Positions 30,849-40,013 of a DNA stretch of 64,000 nt are shown here, one piece after another. The stretch is from Gemmatimonadales bacterium. Lineage in GTDB: Bacteria > Gemmatimonadota > Gemmatimonadetes > Gemmatimonadales > GWC2-71-9. The notes beneath the pieces are model-generated. The model did no database searches. It was not told the origin of the DNA and saw only the letters and a list, made by a program, of their open reading frames with translations. A program made the translations under genes and the position numbers. The stretch lies in contig JBBDYB010000005.1 of the NCBI GenBank assembly GCA_040901965.1, positions 31,345 to 95,344 on the forward strand, given 5' to 3'. The stretch's first letter is position 1, and every line of letters begins with the position of its first letter.

Positions 30849-31409
30849 TCAAAAAACAGTCGGCCGCAGAATCTCGTCCGCCGCGGCGGCCAAGTCCGCG
30901 ACGACGATCACACCGATGGCACGCGCCTGTCCCTGGTGCAGGTTGCCCTGGCCGGTGGCGACCAGGATGCCGTGGTCCCCCCCCCCCAGCAGCCGGGCCG
31001 GCTGCACGTCCGAGAGCCGGTCGCCGACCCACCAGGAGCGCGTGAAGTCAATCGTTCCCCCCAGCGCCTCATTGGCGTCCCGGTACAGCTTCGTGCCCGG
31101 CTTGCGGCATTCACACGGCCCGGTGAACTGGGGATGATGCGGGCAAAAATACGAGTCGTCCAAGCGGGCGCCATGCGCCGCGAGGAGCTCACCGAGGCGT
31201 CGCTGGACGGCCGCGTATTCGGCCACGGTGAACTTGCCCCGGGCAATACCCGACTGATTGGTGACGCAGATAACGAGGTGGCCGTGCTCGTTCAGCCGCC
31301 GGATCGCGGCGGCGGCGCCCGGCAGCAGCTTGACCTTGCCCGGCTCATGCAAAAAACCGCTGTCCTCGACGATCGTTCCGTCGCGGTCGAGAAAGACTGC
31401 GCGAGCCAT
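30849..31409 (-). CDS. gmhB: D,D-heptose 1,7-bisphosphate phosphatase / HisB-N-type HAD-IIIA phosphatase
   Basis: 'AVFLDRDGTI', 'VTNQSGIARG', Zn motif 'FCPHHPQFTGPCECRKP', 'WWVGDRLSD'. Confidence 0.85.
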   Translation of the reverse strand: MARAVFLDRDGTIVEDSGFLHEPGKVKLLPGAAAAIRRLNEHGHLVICVTNQSGIARGKFTVAEYAAVQRRLGELLAAHGARLDDSYFCPHHPQFTGPCECRKPGTKLYRDANEALGGTIDFTRSWWVGDRLSDVQPARLLGGGDHGILVATGQGNLHQGQARAIGVIVVADLAAAADEILRPTVF

Positions 31410-31415
31410 CAGCTA

Positions 31416-32732
31416 TCAGCCATCTGCTGTCAGCGCGGCCCTAACGGTCTGGATCTGATCAGGGAAGATTGTGCGCGCGTCGAGCAGCGTCCGGCCGCCG
31501 GCAACTCGGGCGATGATGGGCGGGTCGTTCGCGCGCAACCTGGATGCGGCGCTCTCATCCGGCAGGCTCACGAGCCAGGTCTTCAACGTCGCCCCCGGAA
31601 ACGAGCCTCCCCCCACTTCCGACTCGCCCTCGACGAGCTGCCCGCCGAGCCTCTCGGCCCGTCGTTTGATGCTCTCGAGATCCTCGGTGAGCATCCTCAG
31701 AACCGGGATCTCCTGTCTCGCGACTTCGGGATCGCGATAGAGCGCCAGCGTCGCCTCGAGCGCGGCCAGCGTCAGCTTGTCCGCCCGCACCGTGCGCGCG
31801 AACGGATCGGCGCGGCACGCGGCGATCGCCGCCTCGCTGCCGACCAGGATTCCGGCCTGCGGGCCGCCGAGCAGCTTGTCGCCGCTGAACGCGACCACAT
31901 CGGCACCGCTCGCTACCGCCTCGCGCACCGTGGGCTCGCCGCTGAGACCCCACTTGCCGAGGTCGAGCAACAGGCCGCTTCCCAGATCGTAGAGGCACGC
32001 CACACCACGCGCGTGCGCCAGCTCGGCCAGCTCGGCAACCGGTACGTCGGCGGTGAAGCCGCGGACTTCGAAGTTCGACCGGTGCACCTTGAGGAGCACG
32101 CGACTCGCATCGCTGAGCGCCGCTTCGTAGTCCTTCTTGTGGGTGCGGTTCGTCGTGCCGACTTCGACGAGCTGCGCGCCCGAGCGGGCCATGATGTCGG
32201 GGATCCGGAACGAGCCGCCGATCTCCACCAGCTCGCCGCGCGACACGATTGCTTCGCCGCCCCGCGCGAGAGCGCTGAGCGCGAGCAGCACGGCGCCGGC
32301 GGCATTGTTGACCACCAGGGCATCGGTTGCCCCCGTTAGTTCGACGAGCAGGTCGCGGCAGTGCGCGTGCCGCGAGCCACGTGTGCCGCGGCCGAGGTCG
32401 TATTCGAGCGCCGCGTACCCCTCGGCCACGCGGGTCAGCGCCGCGATCGCCGCGGGCGCCAGGGGGGCGCGGCCGAGGTTCGTATGCAGCACCACGCCGG
32501 TGGCGTTGATCACCGGCGCGAGCGACGGCACGACGAGGCGCGCCACGGCGGCGCGCACCGCCGCATCCCACCCCTCGGCGGGCGCCGTCCCACCGCTCAC
32601 CCGCGCGCGATCCACCGCCTCGCGCACCGCTTTCAAGACCAGCGCGCGCGGATGCTCGGCGAGCAGCGTCGCCACACCCGGCTCGGCGAGCAGGGCGTCC
32701 ACGGCGGGCAAGTGACGGCGTGGGTCCGTCAT
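31416..32732 (-). CDS. selA: L-seryl-tRNA(Sec) selenium transferase
   Basis: 'VINATGVVLHTNLGRAPL', PLP-lysine motif 'FSGDKLLGGPQAGILVG', SelA-type N-terminus 'LPAVDALLAEP'. Confidence 0.88.
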   Translation of the reverse strand: MTDPRRHLPAVDALLAEPGVATLLAEHPRALVLKAVREAVDRARVSGGTAPAEGWDAAVRAAVARLVVPSLAPVINATGVVLHTNLGRAPLAPAAIAALTRVAEGYAALEYDLGRGTRGSRHAHCRDLLVELTGATDALVVNNAAGAVLLALSALARGGEAIVSRGELVEIGGSFRIPDIMARSGAQLVEVGTTNRTHKKDYEAALSDASRVLLKVHRSNFEVRGFTADVPVAELAELAHARGVACLYDLGSGLLLDLGKWGLSGEPTVREAVASGADVVAFSGDKLLGGPQAGILVGSEAAIAACRADPFARTVRADKLTLAALEATLALYRDPEVARQEIPVLRMLTEDLESIKRRAERLGGQLVEGESEVGGGSFPGATLKTWLVSLPDESAASRLRANDPPIIARVAGGRTLLDARTIFPDQIQTVRAALTADG

Positions 32733-34009
32733 TCTTGGGGCTTGGGGCTAGGGGCTAGGGAATCGGGCCTACGGCGGGTGGTGTCGGCCACCGCCGGCTT
32801 CGGGACGAGCAATACGACTTGCCCGTCGCCTTTCCGGCCCGTGAGGTTCGTCGCGCCCGTCACCCGGATCAGGTACCGGGTCTCGGGCTTCAGGGCCCGG
32901 GCGAACGTAAGCACGATCCTGTCCGACGGCACCGGGCGCTCGGCGAGCAGCTGGCGCACCAGGGAGGTGTCCACCTGGAGCGCTGGGCGCCGCGGCTGGC
33001 CGGGTTGCTCCGGGCCAGGCGGCGGCGCGACGCGTTGCCGGCCAGCCGCCGTGTCCTGTGCCGCGGCCGAGTCCGCTTTCGCGCGCGCCGCCGCCGCCGT
33101 CAGCGAGTCGTACTGGCGCTGGGTGAGGATGCTGGCGATCGCGACCGGCGTCGAATCTGGCAGCTCGAGCACGCGCACCTGCGTGGTGTCGAGCGGGATG
33201 GTCGCATCGAGCGGCTGCGTGAACTCGACGCGCGCGCTCAGCGAGTCGATCGCGGTCGCCACGCGCAGCCTGGGGGGCACGGTGTCGTGGAGGAATGTGT
33301 AGAGTGCCACGTTGCTGCTCGAATCGAGCGTGACCAGCGTCGAGTCGTAAGGCTCACGCAGGCCGCGGCGGCGATCGCCGTTCTCATCCGCTGTCGCGTA
33401 CACGATGTAGCGCCCCGGGGTTAGGCCCTCGAGGTTGAACTGGCCACCCGAGTCGGCCAGGGTCAAGTAGCCGATGCTGTCGGGAAGCGGCACGGCCTCG
33501 ATGAGCGCCCGGGGAAGGACGCGCTGCTCGACCCAGGCGAGCGCGATGCCGCCGATGCGCGCGTGGCCGATCTCCGGGCCGGTGGAGAAGAGCACGATTG
33601 TGGCGGAGTCAAGCCGGTTGCGGCGCAGGTCGAGAATGCCGGGGAGGATCTCGAGCCGGTACACGCGGGCCCCCCCGTGTTTCCATCCTTCCCGTGGCTT
33701 GACGCTGATGCTGGAGCGGTGCCAGCTCACCTTCATGCCGCGCGCGGTGGGGGACAGCAGCACGTATGCGGCGAGATTGGCCGGGCCCGTTCCCGGCATT
33801 TCCTCGATCACTTCATCGAACTGGATGACGGCGTCGTCTTTCCAGTTGGGGACGACGGCGCCCGACTCGGGCCGCACGCTCACGATTCTGGGAGGTGCGA
33901 CGTCGGGCGGCCCGCCGGGCGGGTCGCCGACATTGGCGCATGCGAGGCTCCCTAGGAGCAGCCCAGCGACCGAAGCTTGCCGGCTAAGACTTCGCGCTGG
34001 TCGCGCCAT
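32729..34009 (-). CDS. lipoprotein with SbsA/Big_5-like Ig domain
   Basis: The internal ATG at 34009 gives 'MARPARSLSRQASVAGLLLGSLAC' (lipobox). 'PPRIVSVRPESGAVVPNWKDDAVIQFDEVI' is an Ig-like N-terminal domain motif. It overlaps the valS 3' end by 58 nt and selA by 4 nt. Confidence 0.65.
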   Translation of the reverse strand: MARPARSLSRQASVAGLLLGSLACANVGDPPGGPPDVAPPRIVSVRPESGAVVPNWKDDAVIQFDEVIEEMPGTGPANLAAYVLLSPTARGMKVSWHRSSISVKPREGWKHGGARVYRLEILPGILDLRRNRLDSATIVLFSTGPEIGHARIGGIALAWVEQRVLPRALIEAVPLPDSIGYLTLADSGGQFNLEGLTPGRYIVYATADENGDRRRGLREPYDSTLVTLDSSSNVALYTFLHDTVPPRLRVATAIDSLSARVEFTQPLDATIPLDTTQVRVLELPDSTPVAIASILTQRQYDSLTAAAARAKADSAAAQDTAAGRQRVAPPPGPEQPGQPRRPALQVDTSLVRQLLAERPVPSDRIVLTFARALKPETRYLIRVTGATNLTGRKGDGQVVLLVPKPAVADTTRRRPDSLAPSPKPQE

Positions 34010-36606
34010 GCCTTCTCTTTCTCGCGCTCGCGCGCCACGACGTCCTGCGGGGCGCGGGCGACGAAATTCTGGTTGGTGAGCCGGGCGGCCAAGCCCTTGA
34101 GCTGCTGGTCGAGCCGGCCCAGCTCGTCCGTCAGGCGCCGGCACTCCTGCTGTACGTCGATCGTCCCTTCGAGTGCGACCACGACCTCGCTGCCGTCGCC
34201 GAATACGGCGTGCGCCCCCGCTCCCGCGCCCTGCGTCGCGCCATCCAGGGCCAAGCTCTCGAGCTGCGCCAGACGCTCGATCGTCTCCCGCTCGCCCGCG
34301 AACGTCGCGGCGCGGTCGTTGCCGCGCGCCACGATCGTCGCGCGCAGCTTGGTCTTGGGTGGGACGCGGTACTCGGCCCGGATCGAGCGAATATGCTCGA
34401 TGGCCGTCTTGACCCGTGCGAACTCGCGGTCCGCGCCGGCATCCTCGAGCTCGGGCCGGACCTTGGGCCAGTCCGCCACCGCCAACAGCTCGTTCGCCTG
34501 ACGCCCAGGCAGCTTCTGCCACAGCTCTTCGGTAATGAAGGGGACGACTGGATGCAAAAGTCGTAGTACTGAATCGAAGCAATACACCAGAACCGAGTGA
34601 ACCGTGGCCCTGGCCTTCGCGTCGCCGCCGAGGCGCGGCTTGACCGCCTCGACATACCAGTCCGCCAGCTCGTTCCAGACGAATTCAAAGCAGCGTTTCG
34701 CGGCCTCATCGAGCCGAAATTGTTCGAAAGACGCGGTCGTTTCTTGGATCGTCGCCTGGGCGCGCGACAGGATCCAGCGATCGGCGAGCGTGAGCTGGCG
34801 GCGGTCAATCGCCTCGATCGCGGGCACCTGGGCGGGGAGCTGGCCCAGGATGAACTGCCCGATGTTCCAGACCTTGTTCGCAAAATTGCGGCCCGGCGCA
34901 AACGTGGTCTCGAGGTCGTCAGGATCGAGCATCAGGTCCTGGCCCAGCGCGGTGTTGGCGATGCAGGTCCACCTGAGCGCGTCGGCGCCGAACTTCTCCA
35001 CCACGACGAGCGGGTCAATGCCGTTGCCGAGCGACTTCGACATCTTGCGATGCTTCGTGTCGCGCACGATGCCGTGCAGGAACACGGTGCTGAACGGCTT
35101 CGTCCCCATAAAGTGGTAGCCGGACATCAGCATCCGGGCCACCCAGAAGAACAGGATGTCGGGGCCCGTGACCAGCGTGTGGCCGGGGTAAAAGCGCGCG
35201 AGATCGGGAGTTTTCTCGGGCCAGCCGAGCGTCGCGAACGGCCACAGCCAGGAGGAGAACCAGGTGTCGAGCACGTCGGGATCCTGCTCCACCGGGCCGC
35301 CGCACTTGGGGCACTGTTTGGGATCTTCGCGGTCGGCCCATTGGTGCTCGCACTTGGTGCAGGTGAACACCGGAATCCGGTGCCCCCACCACAGCTGCCG
35401 CGAGATGTTCCAGTCGCGGATGTTGTTCATCCAGTTCTCGAACGTCGCGTGCCAACGCTCGGGCACGATCTTGAAGTCGCCCTTCGCATAGCCCTGCATC
35501 ACTCGCTCGGCGAGCGGCTTCATTTTGACGAACCACTGATCGGAGAGCCGCGGCTCGACCACGGAGTCACAGCGGTAGCAACGGCGAACCGAATGCTGAT
35601 GCTGCTCCACCTTCACGAGCAGCCCCTCCTTCTCCAGCATCTTCACGATCTTTTTGCGGGCGTCGAAGCGGTCCAGCCCCTGGAGCGCCTCCGGTACCCT
35701 GGACGAGCGCTCCATGCGCGTGTCCTCGGTCGTGATCAGCGGCTTTTCTTCGTTGGGCCACACCCGGTTCGCGATCTCGAAGTCATTGGCATCGTGGGCC
35801 GGCGTCACCTTGAGCATCCCCGTGCCGAACGCTTGATCCACGGCGTCGTCCACCGCGATGGGAATCGCGAGGCCGGACAGCGGGATCTTCGCCTGCTTCC
35901 CCTTGAGCCCCTTGTACCGTTTGTCCTTGGGGTTGTAGACCAGCCCGATGTCGCCGAACATCGTCTCGGGCCGCGTCGTCGCGACAGTCACGTTCCCGGA
36001 ATTGTCCGCCAGCGGATAGTTGATGTAGTACAGATTCCCGTTCGTCTCGTGATGCTCGGCCTCTTCATCAGAGAGCGCGGTCAGACAGCGCGGGCACCAG
36101 TGGATGACGCGGTGGCCGCGGTAGATGAGCTTCTCCTCCCAGAGGCGTACGAACACCTCGCGTACGGCCCGCGAGTACTCGGGGTCGAGCGTAAAGCGGG
36201 TGCGGCTCCAGTCGGCGGAGCTGCCGATCACCTTGAGCTGCTCGAGGATCGTGCGCCCCGTCTTCTTGACGAATTCCCAGACGCAAGCGAGAAACGCCTC
36301 GCGCCCCACTTCGAAGCGCGTCTTGCCCTCTTCGGCGAGCAGCTTCTCCACGACATTCTGGGTCGCGATGCCGGCGTGATCCGTCCCGGGCACCCACAGC
36401 GCCGCGCGACCCCGCATCCGCTCGAAGCGGATGAGCACGTCCTGCGTGGTGATGTCGAGCCCGTGTCCCATGTGCAGCACGGCGGTGACGTTGGGTGGGG
36501 GCATGACGATCACGTACGGCTCGCCCTGGGCCCTAGGCTGGAAGACTCCCGCATCGAGCCAGCGCTTGTAGATCGCGGGTTCTACGGGCCGGGGATCGTA
36601 TGCCAT
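33952..36606 (-). CDS. valS: valine--tRNA ligase
   Basis: 'PPPNVTAVLHMGH' (HIGH), 'KMSKSLGN' (KMSKS), a C-terminal coiled coil, 884 aa. Confidence 0.95.
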   Translation of the reverse strand: MAYDPRPVEPAIYKRWLDAGVFQPRAQGEPYVIVMPPPNVTAVLHMGHGLDITTQDVLIRFERMRGRAALWVPGTDHAGIATQNVVEKLLAEEGKTRFEVGREAFLACVWEFVKKTGRTILEQLKVIGSSADWSRTRFTLDPEYSRAVREVFVRLWEEKLIYRGHRVIHWCPRCLTALSDEEAEHHETNGNLYYINYPLADNSGNVTVATTRPETMFGDIGLVYNPKDKRYKGLKGKQAKIPLSGLAIPIAVDDAVDQAFGTGMLKVTPAHDANDFEIANRVWPNEEKPLITTEDTRMERSSRVPEALQGLDRFDARKKIVKMLEKEGLLVKVEQHQHSVRRCYRCDSVVEPRLSDQWFVKMKPLAERVMQGYAKGDFKIVPERWHATFENWMNNIRDWNISRQLWWGHRIPVFTCTKCEHQWADREDPKQCPKCGGPVEQDPDVLDTWFSSWLWPFATLGWPEKTPDLARFYPGHTLVTGPDILFFWVARMLMSGYHFMGTKPFSTVFLHGIVRDTKHRKMSKSLGNGIDPLVVVEKFGADALRWTCIANTALGQDLMLDPDDLETTFAPGRNFANKVWNIGQFILGQLPAQVPAIEAIDRRQLTLADRWILSRAQATIQETTASFEQFRLDEAAKRCFEFVWNELADWYVEAVKPRLGGDAKARATVHSVLVYCFDSVLRLLHPVVPFITEELWQKLPGRQANELLAVADWPKVRPELEDAGADREFARVKTAIEHIRSIRAEYRVPPKTKLRATIVARGNDRAATFAGERETIERLAQLESLALDGATQGAGAGAHAVFGDGSEVVVALEGTIDVQQECRRLTDELGRLDQQLKGLAARLTNQNFVARAPQDVVAREREKEKAWRDQREVLAGKLRSLGCS

Positions 36607-36642
36607 TCCTTAATATAGAAGCCGCCGCTAGAATATCGTCCA

Positions 36643-36804
36643 ATGACTCCCCCCCCATCCGATGATTCGCTGCCGCCGAGTCGTATCGTCCGCTGGCTGT
36701 TGCTCGCGGGCGTGATTCTGTTCTCCGTGGGGCTGTATTTCCGGTATGGGCTGCACGTCCCGCCCATCGGATCAGTCCCGCCGCCGGCGACGTCCACGCC
36801 TTAG
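36643..36804 (+). CDS. possible small membrane protein (53 aa; below ORF-track cutoff)
   Basis: ATG 36643 to TAG 36804. It encodes one TM helix 'WLLLAGVILFSVGLYF'. It ends 3 nt before the thrS ATG. GC3 bias is moderate. Confidence 0.3.
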   Translation: MTPPPSDDSLPPSRIVRWLLLAGVILFSVGLYFRYGLHVPPIGSVPPPATSTP

Positions 36805-36807
36805 CGC

Positions 36808-38760
36808 ATGCCCGCCTCCGAGATTCACGTCGTCCTGCCGGACGGGAGTCAGAAAGCTTTGCCGGCCGGCGCGACCGGCGCCGACCTGTCCAAGGCGATC
36901 GGCCCCGGCCTCGCCAAAGCCGCGCTCGCCATTCGCGTGGATGGGGAAGTGCGCGACCTCCAGCGGCCGCTCCCCGACGGGGCCAAGGTCTCGATCCTCA
37001 CCGACAAGGATCCGCACGCGCTCGACGTGCTGCGCCACTCCTCGGCGCACGTCCTGGCGACCGCGGTGCGGCAGCTGTTCCCAAAGGCCCAGATCGGGTT
37101 CGGCCCGCCCATCGAAGACGGCTTCTACTACGACTTCGATATCGGACGGCCTTTCGGGCCGGAGGATTTGGAGGCCATTGAAAAAAAGATGGTGGAGGTG
37201 GTGAAAGCAGATTACGCCTTCACGCGCGAGGAAGTCTCACGCGCCGAGGCGAAGAAGCGCTTCACGGATGATCCGTTGAAGTTGGAAAGAATAGATGATT
37301 TGAAAGAAGATGAAGTGATCTCCGTCTATACCGACGGGCCGTTCGTGGACCTGTGCCGCGGCCCGCACGTCCCCAGCACGGGGAAGATCAAGCACTTCAA
37401 GCTGCTGCACGCCGCCGGCGCGTATTGGCGCGGCGACGAGCGCCGCCAGATGCTGCAGCGCATCTACGGCACGGCCTGGTTCTCCAAGGAAGATCTCGAG
37501 GGCTACGTCCGCCGCCTCGAGGAAGCGCGCAAGCGCGACCACCGGGTGATCGGCAAGCAGCTCGACCTGTTCTCGATCCAGGAGGACGTCGGTCCGGGGC
37601 TCATCTTCTGGCACCCCAAGGGCGCGATGCTGAACTTCGAGCTGCGCCGCTTCATCGAGGACACGATCCTCGCGCGCGGCTATCAGCTCGTCTACACGCC
37701 CCACGTGACGCGCGAGCAGCTGTTCCTGCGCTCCGGCCACCTGCCGCTCTACGCCGAGAACCAGTTTCCGCCGATGGCGGCGGGCGAAGGGGAAGGCGAG
37801 GACGTGCGTTACCGGGTGAAGCCGATGAACTGCCCGATGCACATCCTCGTGTACGCGAGCCAGCAGCGCAGCTACCGCGACTTGCCCATCCGGCTCGCGG
37901 AGATCGCCAACGTCTACCGCAACGAGCGCTCGGGCACGCTGCACGGGATGCTGCGCGTGCGCGGCCTCACCATGGACGACGCGCACATCTTCCTGCGCGA
38001 GGACCAGATCGAGGAGGAGATCTTCGAGCTGCTCGACCTCGTCGAGTTCGTGATGGGTAGGACGTTCGGCCTCCAGTACCGGCTCGACCTGGCCACCCGG
38101 CCCGCGAAGAAGCTGGGCACTGATGCGATGTGGGATGTCGCGGAAAAGGCGCTTGAAGGCGCGTTAAGGCGCCGTGGGGTGCCATTCCACATGGACGTGG
38201 GGGGCGGCGCGTTTTACGGGCCGAAGATCGACATCAAGTTCGACGACGCGATCGGGCGCGAGTGGCAGGGCGCCACGATCCAGCTCGACTATGCGCTGCC
38301 CGAGCGCTTCCAGATCGAATACACGGGCGCGGACAACAAGCCGCACCGCACGCTCATGATTCACCGCGCGATCTTCGGAACGATCGAGCGATTCGTGGGG
38401 TTCTTGATCGAGCATTTCGCGGGGGCGTTCCCGCTGTGGCTGTCACCCGAGCAGGTGCGGGTGCTGCCCATCGCCGACGCGCAGCTCGATGCCGCGCGCG
38501 CGGCGCACGAGACGCTCCGCAAGGCGGGCATCCGGTCGCATCTCGACGAGCGCTCGGAGACGTTGAACTACAAGATCCGCGACGCCGAGACTCACAAGGT
38601 GCCTTACATGGCGGTGGTGGGGCAGCGGGAGGCTGATTCCGGGGCGGTGGCGGTGCGGTCGAGGGGTGAGGGGAAGAAGCAGGTGGTGCTGCCGGTGGGG
38701 GAGTTCGTGGCGCGGCTGCAGGATGAGGTGCGCACCCGGGCGTTGAACCCATTAATTTGA
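36808..38760 (+). CDS. thrS: threonine--tRNA ligase
   Basis: TGS-domain N-terminus. Motifs 'HSSAHVLA' and 'FWHPKGA', class II motifs, 650 aa. Confidence 0.95.
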   Translation: MPASEIHVVLPDGSQKALPAGATGADLSKAIGPGLAKAALAIRVDGEVRDLQRPLPDGAKVSILTDKDPHALDVLRHSSAHVLATAVRQLFPKAQIGFGPPIEDGFYYDFDIGRPFGPEDLEAIEKKMVEVVKADYAFTREEVSRAEAKKRFTDDPLKLERIDDLKEDEVISVYTDGPFVDLCRGPHVPSTGKIKHFKLLHAAGAYWRGDERRQMLQRIYGTAWFSKEDLEGYVRRLEEARKRDHRVIGKQLDLFSIQEDVGPGLIFWHPKGAMLNFELRRFIEDTILARGYQLVYTPHVTREQLFLRSGHLPLYAENQFPPMAAGEGEGEDVRYRVKPMNCPMHILVYASQQRSYRDLPIRLAEIANVYRNERSGTLHGMLRVRGLTMDDAHIFLREDQIEEEIFELLDLVEFVMGRTFGLQYRLDLATRPAKKLGTDAMWDVAEKALEGALRRRGVPFHMDVGGGAFYGPKIDIKFDDAIGREWQGATIQLDYALPERFQIEYTGADNKPHRTLMIHRAIFGTIERFVGFLIEHFAGAFPLWLSPEQVRVLPIADAQLDAARAAHETLRKAGIRSHLDERSETLNYKIRDAETHKVPYMAVVGQREADSGAVAVRSRGEGKKQVVLPVGEFVARLQDEVRTRALNPLI

Positions 38761-38787
38761 ACGGACATCCGTCAGGGAATCGGGATG

Positions 38788-38817
38788 TGTAGGGGCGCAG
38801 CATGCTGCGCCCCTACA
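38788..38817. repeat. perfect 30-nt palindrome TGTAGGGGCGCAGCATGCTGCGCCCCTACA (REP-like / terminator hairpin after thrS)
   Basis: Read directly from the sequence. It is self-complementary over its full length and lies 28 nt after the thrS stop. It generates the spurious 'MLRPYK' ORF start. Confidence 0.75.
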
Positions 38818-38846
38818 AACCGCATCACAACGATGATTCGGATCCT

Positions 38847-40013
38847 ATGACACACGACCAAACCACACCCGTAATTTTGTCCGCCTGCCGCACCCCCGTC
38901 GGGCGGTACCTGGGCGGCCTGTCGCCGCTGCCCGCCCCCAGGTTGGGCGCCCTGGTCATCCGCGAGGCCGTGCGTCGAGCGGCGATCGCCGACACCGCCG
39001 TCGAAGAAGTCATCATGGGCAACGTGCTCCAGGGTGGGGAAGGGCAGGCGCCGGCGCGCCAGGCGGCGATTCACGCGGGACTGCCCGGGACGATTCCGGC
39101 GCTCACGATCAACAAAGTGTGCGGCTCGGGGCTCAAGGCGGTGATGCTCGCCGCGCAGGCGATCAAGGCGGGCGACGAACAGTGCATCGTGGCGGGCGGG
39201 ATGGAGTCCATGTCGAACGCGCCGCACTACGTGTTCGGGATGCGCACGGGGATCAAGGCGGGCAACACGCAGCTCGTGGACGGCATGATCCATGACGGCC
39301 TGTGGGATTCGTTCTCGAATACGCACATGGGCAACCTCGCCGAGTACACCGCGAAGAAGGCGGGCGTGTCGCGCGCCGACCAGGACCAGTTCGCGTTGGA
39401 GAGCCACCGCAAGGCGGTGAAGGCGATGGAGGCGTGCAACTTCAAGGCCGAAATCGTGCCGGTCGAGACTCTCTCCAAGGACGAGTCGCCGCGCGCCGAT
39501 ACATCACTGGAGAAGCTCGCGTCGCTCAAGCCTGTGTTCCAAAAAGACGGCACCGTCACGGCGGGCAACGCGCCTGGCCTCAACGACGGCGCCAGCGCGC
39601 TCGTCGTCACGTCGCTTGCGTTTGCCACAGCGCATGGCCTCAAGCCGATGGCCAGGATCACGGCTTATGCGACGGGCGGCGGTGAGCCGAAGGAGATCTT
39701 CTTCGCACCGATCGTGGCGGTGCAGAACCTCATGAAGAAGATGGGCACCAATATCAACGACTACGATCTCATCGAAGCGAACGAAGCATTCGCGGTCCAG
39801 GCGCTCGCCGACGGCCGCGCCCTCGGCTGGGATTGGAGTCGCGTCAATGTGCATGGTGGCGCCGTCGCCCTCGGCCACCCCATCGGCGCGTCGGGCGCGC
39901 GCGTCCTCACGACGCTGCTGTACGCCCTGAAGCACTACGGCAAGAAGACCGGCCTCGCCACTCTGTGCCTCGGTGGCGGCAACGCAGTCGCCCTTAGCGT
40001 GGAGATCTTGTGA
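38847..40013 (+). CDS. acetyl-CoA C-acetyltransferase (thiolase II)
   Basis: 'ILSACRTPVGRY', active-site 'NKVCGSGLKAV', 'NVHGGAVALGHPIGASG', 'LCLGGGNAVAL'. Confidence 0.92.
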   Translation: MTHDQTTPVILSACRTPVGRYLGGLSPLPAPRLGALVIREAVRRAAIADTAVEEVIMGNVLQGGEGQAPARQAAIHAGLPGTIPALTINKVCGSGLKAVMLAAQAIKAGDEQCIVAGGMESMSNAPHYVFGMRTGIKAGNTQLVDGMIHDGLWDSFSNTHMGNLAEYTAKKAGVSRADQDQFALESHRKAVKAMEACNFKAEIVPVETLSKDESPRADTSLEKLASLKPVFQKDGTVTAGNAPGLNDGASALVVTSLAFATAHGLKPMARITAYATGGGEPKEIFFAPIVAVQNLMKKMGTNINDYDLIEANEAFAVQALADGRALGWDWSRVNVHGGAVALGHPIGASGARVLTTLLYALKHYGKKTGLATLCLGGGNAVALSVEIL

